Shown here: positions 59,680-64,000 of the stretch, piece after piece
Numbering within the stretch: position 1 is the first letter of the stretch
Layout of the letters: the number at the start of each line of letters is the position of its first letter
Assembly (NCBI RefSeq): GCF_009914755.1
Contig: NC_060936.1
Length of the DNA: 64,000 nucleotides
Source of the DNA: the human T2T-CHM13v2.0 reference genome, Homo sapiens
Direction: 5' to 3' (one strand)
Notes under the pieces: generated by a model
The model's input: only the letters and a program-made list of their open reading frames with translations
What the model was told of the DNA's origin: nothing
The model's database searches: none
Made by a program: the position numbers and the translations under genes

Positions 59680-60480
59680 GCAGCAGGTTGCAAGGTGCAG
59701 GTGTTTCAAGAGAGCTTCTAAGGTACACGTATGATCCCTGTAATGAATGGACACTGGACCATCCACATTCTTGGACCGCTCACCCGTCCGGTGCCTCGGC
59801 AGGCAGCGGAGGAAACACCTGACGTAAACCAGCTCATCAGCTGCCGGGCTATCACAGTGGCTTACTCTGCTCTCACAAAACAGTCGCGGTGCCACTCCGG
59901 CTCCAGGCTGTACGCCCAGGGCCCCCCCCTTCATCGCTGCCTCCTGCACAGGGGTGCAGGTAAAAGGGCCCTGAGGCTCGCCTCCTTGGAAGCCCCAAGG
60001 ACCTCATAAACCGCGAACTCAGGCGGTCAGGGAACGGATTAAACCAGGCCGGACCAGGGGAGGCGAGGGCGGTGTCGCTGCCTCCCGCCCCTCACCTTGC
60101 TTCCTGCGCACTTGTCCAGGAACTCGCGCAGCTCGCGACGCACCGCCTCGCGCAACACGTTTAGGTTCACTCGGCCGTAGGACAGATGAGCCGCCATCTT
60201 GCTCCACCACCCCCTGCCCCACAACGCCAACCGAGTCCGCCGGTTCCTACGGGAGGACCACGGACGCAGTCACGTGACCAAACGTCCACGTGACCGGTAC
60301 GGCAGCGCACGCCAACCCGGAAACCGGAATCTGCTGGGTTCGGGTTCTACCTAGTCTGGCCCTAGTGTCCGCCTCTTTCTTCTACCCCGGTGGTTATTCA
60401 GATTCTCGCCAAGACCCAGAGCGCGTTTCAGAGTCTGGTCACTCCAGGAGTCGTCGGGCGCTGAAAAGCGATTTTAAAGA
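59680..60480. promoter_or_regulatory. CpG island / VPS33A promoter with CLEAR/E-boxes, ETS and YY1 motifs
   Basis: GTCACGTGAC at 60269-60278; CCACGTGAC at 60286-60294; CCGGAA at 60317-60322 and 60324-60329; CCGCCATCTT at 60191-60200. Confidence 0.9.
60096..60197 (-). CDS. VPS33A: VPS33A exon 1 (HOPS/CORVET Sec1/Munc18 subunit): [34 protein letters not shown]
   Basis: ATG at 60197 in strong context AAGATGG, donor AAG|GTGAGG, 102 nt. Confidence 0.97.
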
Positions 60481-60701
60481 TCTGGAGTAGACCGGGCGCG
60501 GTGGCTTACGCCTGTAATCCCAACACTTTAAGAGGCCGAGGTAGGAGTGATCGCTTCAGGCCGGGAGTTTGAGACCAGCCTGGGCAGACTTCGTCTCAAA
60601 AAAAAAAAAAAAAGACATTGACTCTCTCTTGTCCCTTTTAAAAATCGCGAATTTTTATTTGCAGCAAAGGTACTTGCTGCAAGATGATATCTTAAGGCTA
60701 A

Positions 60702-60887
<186 letters not shown>

Positions 60888-61796
60888 TAAATTATAGCAG
60901 TCAGAAGTTTCTTAGCTTTGCACTAATCAAGGCTGTTTTAATTTCTGAGCTAAAATGTATCAATATGGTGAGGAGTCGAGGGAATCTTGAGTGGACTTTT
61001 TTTTTTTTTTTTTTTTTTTGGGTAATCCCTAACAGACTTTTACAGTGACATGACATTTCACACAAATAGTATTGCTTCTGGAATCCAGGTCCCACCATTT
61101 GCCTCAGTAAAATTCCATGTTACCTCTGAGTTGTAGTGAGGATCAATGAGGGTATGAATTTCATCGTGCAGTCCACGTGAGAGGCTTAACTGGGTGCCTG
61201 GAACTTAATTGCTCAATAAACTATTAATATTAGTAGGATATATGCGTTTTGATACTTTGGGGTGGAAATGGGCCTTTGGGATCTGGTCAAAGATGAAAAT
61301 TTCCTTCTTTGAGTGCAAAGCTTCCTTTTTTTTTTTTTTTTTTTTTGAGACGGAATCTTGCTCTGTTGCCCAGGCTGGAGTGCAGTCGTGCCATCTTGGC
61401 TCACTGCAATCTCTGCCTCCTGGGTCAAGCGATTCTTCTGCCTCAGCCTCCCGAGTAGCTGGGACTACAGGCGCGTGCCACCACGCCCGGCTAATTTTTT
61501 GTATTTTTAGTAGAGATGGGGTTTCTCCATGTTGGCCAGGCTGGTCTCGAACTCCTGACCTCATGATCCGCCCGTCTCGGCCTCCCAGTGCTGGGATTAC
61601 AGGTGTGAGCCACTGTGCCCGGCCTCCTCCAGCATCTTCTATACAGTTTACATTATGAAGCACTTATCATAGAGTCTGAACAAGCAGAGTGATATTTGTG
61701 GATGGTGCAGAAAAGCAGCCACTCAACCAAAAACTTCTGTTCTCAATTTGATTCCAGCAAGGACATTTAGATTTTAATAATTTAACACACATGGAG

Positions 61797-62484
<688 letters not shown>

Positions 62485-63409
62485 CTTTTTTTTTTTTTTT
62501 TTTTTAATAGAAATGGGGTTTCCCTATGTTGCCTAGGTTGGCCTCAAGCTCTTGGGTTCCAGCTATCATCTGGCCTCAGCCTCCAGAGTAACTGGGACTA
62601 CAGATGCCTGCTACTGCTCCTGGCTGATAATACACAATTCTTTTTCTATATACAGACTCACAGCCAAGAGAATGCATCATGTTAACGCCTGTGAGAATAA
62701 AAGTTGTGTTCAGCAGGCCATGTCATGAGCTGTTAAATGAGGGTATAACTTACTCCAAGAGGTGAAATGCCCCAGGTTAGTGAAATCTCAAGGATGTGTG
62801 AGTGTAACTAAGACTAGGATGATAAACTATCCCCAAGCAGGATCAGGATGCTACAAAATGATGAAGTAACAACAGGTGCTTTTATAGACCAGGAGAGACA
62901 ACTGCTATAGTTACCCTACAAATACTGCAGACTTGTTTAGAGTCTTTTAATCACCTAAGGTCAGTACCAAAGTTGAGAACTACTGTGTTTTAATGTATTA
63001 TCTAGGTAGAAGTAATGTTCTTATTCAAGCAGTAACTGCTTTGGAAATACCTACCTATGGGTGAGTCCTTGGGTCCTGACGCTGGCTGCCTACTTGACAA
63101 TGACTCCCAACCTTTCTTCAGTCTTCAGTACCTGAATACCGTCCTTCCCACCAACTTCCCCACCCCAGCTCTCTCACCACCCCTTTCCTAGCATACCTCA
63201 TCCAGACTCTAAACATAACTGAATCTACAGGTTTTAAGACCCTTCTCCATATCCCACCCACTGTCCGGTTTCCATCCTTGGGTTCTTCCAAGATGTTTTA
63301 TAAACATTTGTTTATAAAACAGATGTTAGGTGAGGCATGGTGGTGCACGCCTGTAATCCCAGCACTTTGGGAGGCTGAGATGGGCAGATCACCTGAGGTC
63401 AGGAGTTCA

Positions 63410-63923
<514 letters not shown>

Positions 63924-64000
63924 TTATCAGGTAATTATTTTTGTCAGGTAATGTGGGGTGATACAGTAATGGATAACAACTACAAGTACGTTATGCTAAA

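Overview
Human-type (primate, very Alu-dense) genomic DNA that I recognise as the B3GNT4-DIABLO-VPS33A locus. It holds the last coding exon of B3GNT4 (+, 106-1176) and all 6 coding exons of DIABLO/Smac (-, 19800->2169; exon lengths 50+133+132+111+97+197 = 720 nt = 239 aa + stop). It also holds all 13 coding exons of VPS33A (-, 60197->26032; total 1791 nt = 596 aa + stop). Every junction read GT-AG and stayed in frame. Two CpG-island promoters are present. Introns are mostly Alu, with L1, L2, MIR and MER DNA-transposon fossils. The most interesting region is the DIABLO 5' end. It contains a 44-codon hydrophobic microprotein ORF (20350->20216) with 43 of 44 codons ending in G/C, an in-frame upstream ATG, and a strong-Kozak out-of-frame ORF overlapping the Smac start. 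It also has a 3x17-bp GC-box/G4 repeat next to a perfect NF-kB site, and a CAG|GTACAG junction that can act as both splice acceptor and donor. Other points: a MER82-supplied stop codon plus ATTAAA in VPS33A intron 5, UG repeats next to the exon 10 acceptor, a CLEAR-box promoter, and a young internally deleted AluYb8-type insertion. Repeat family names come from memory of consensus sequences and were not computed.
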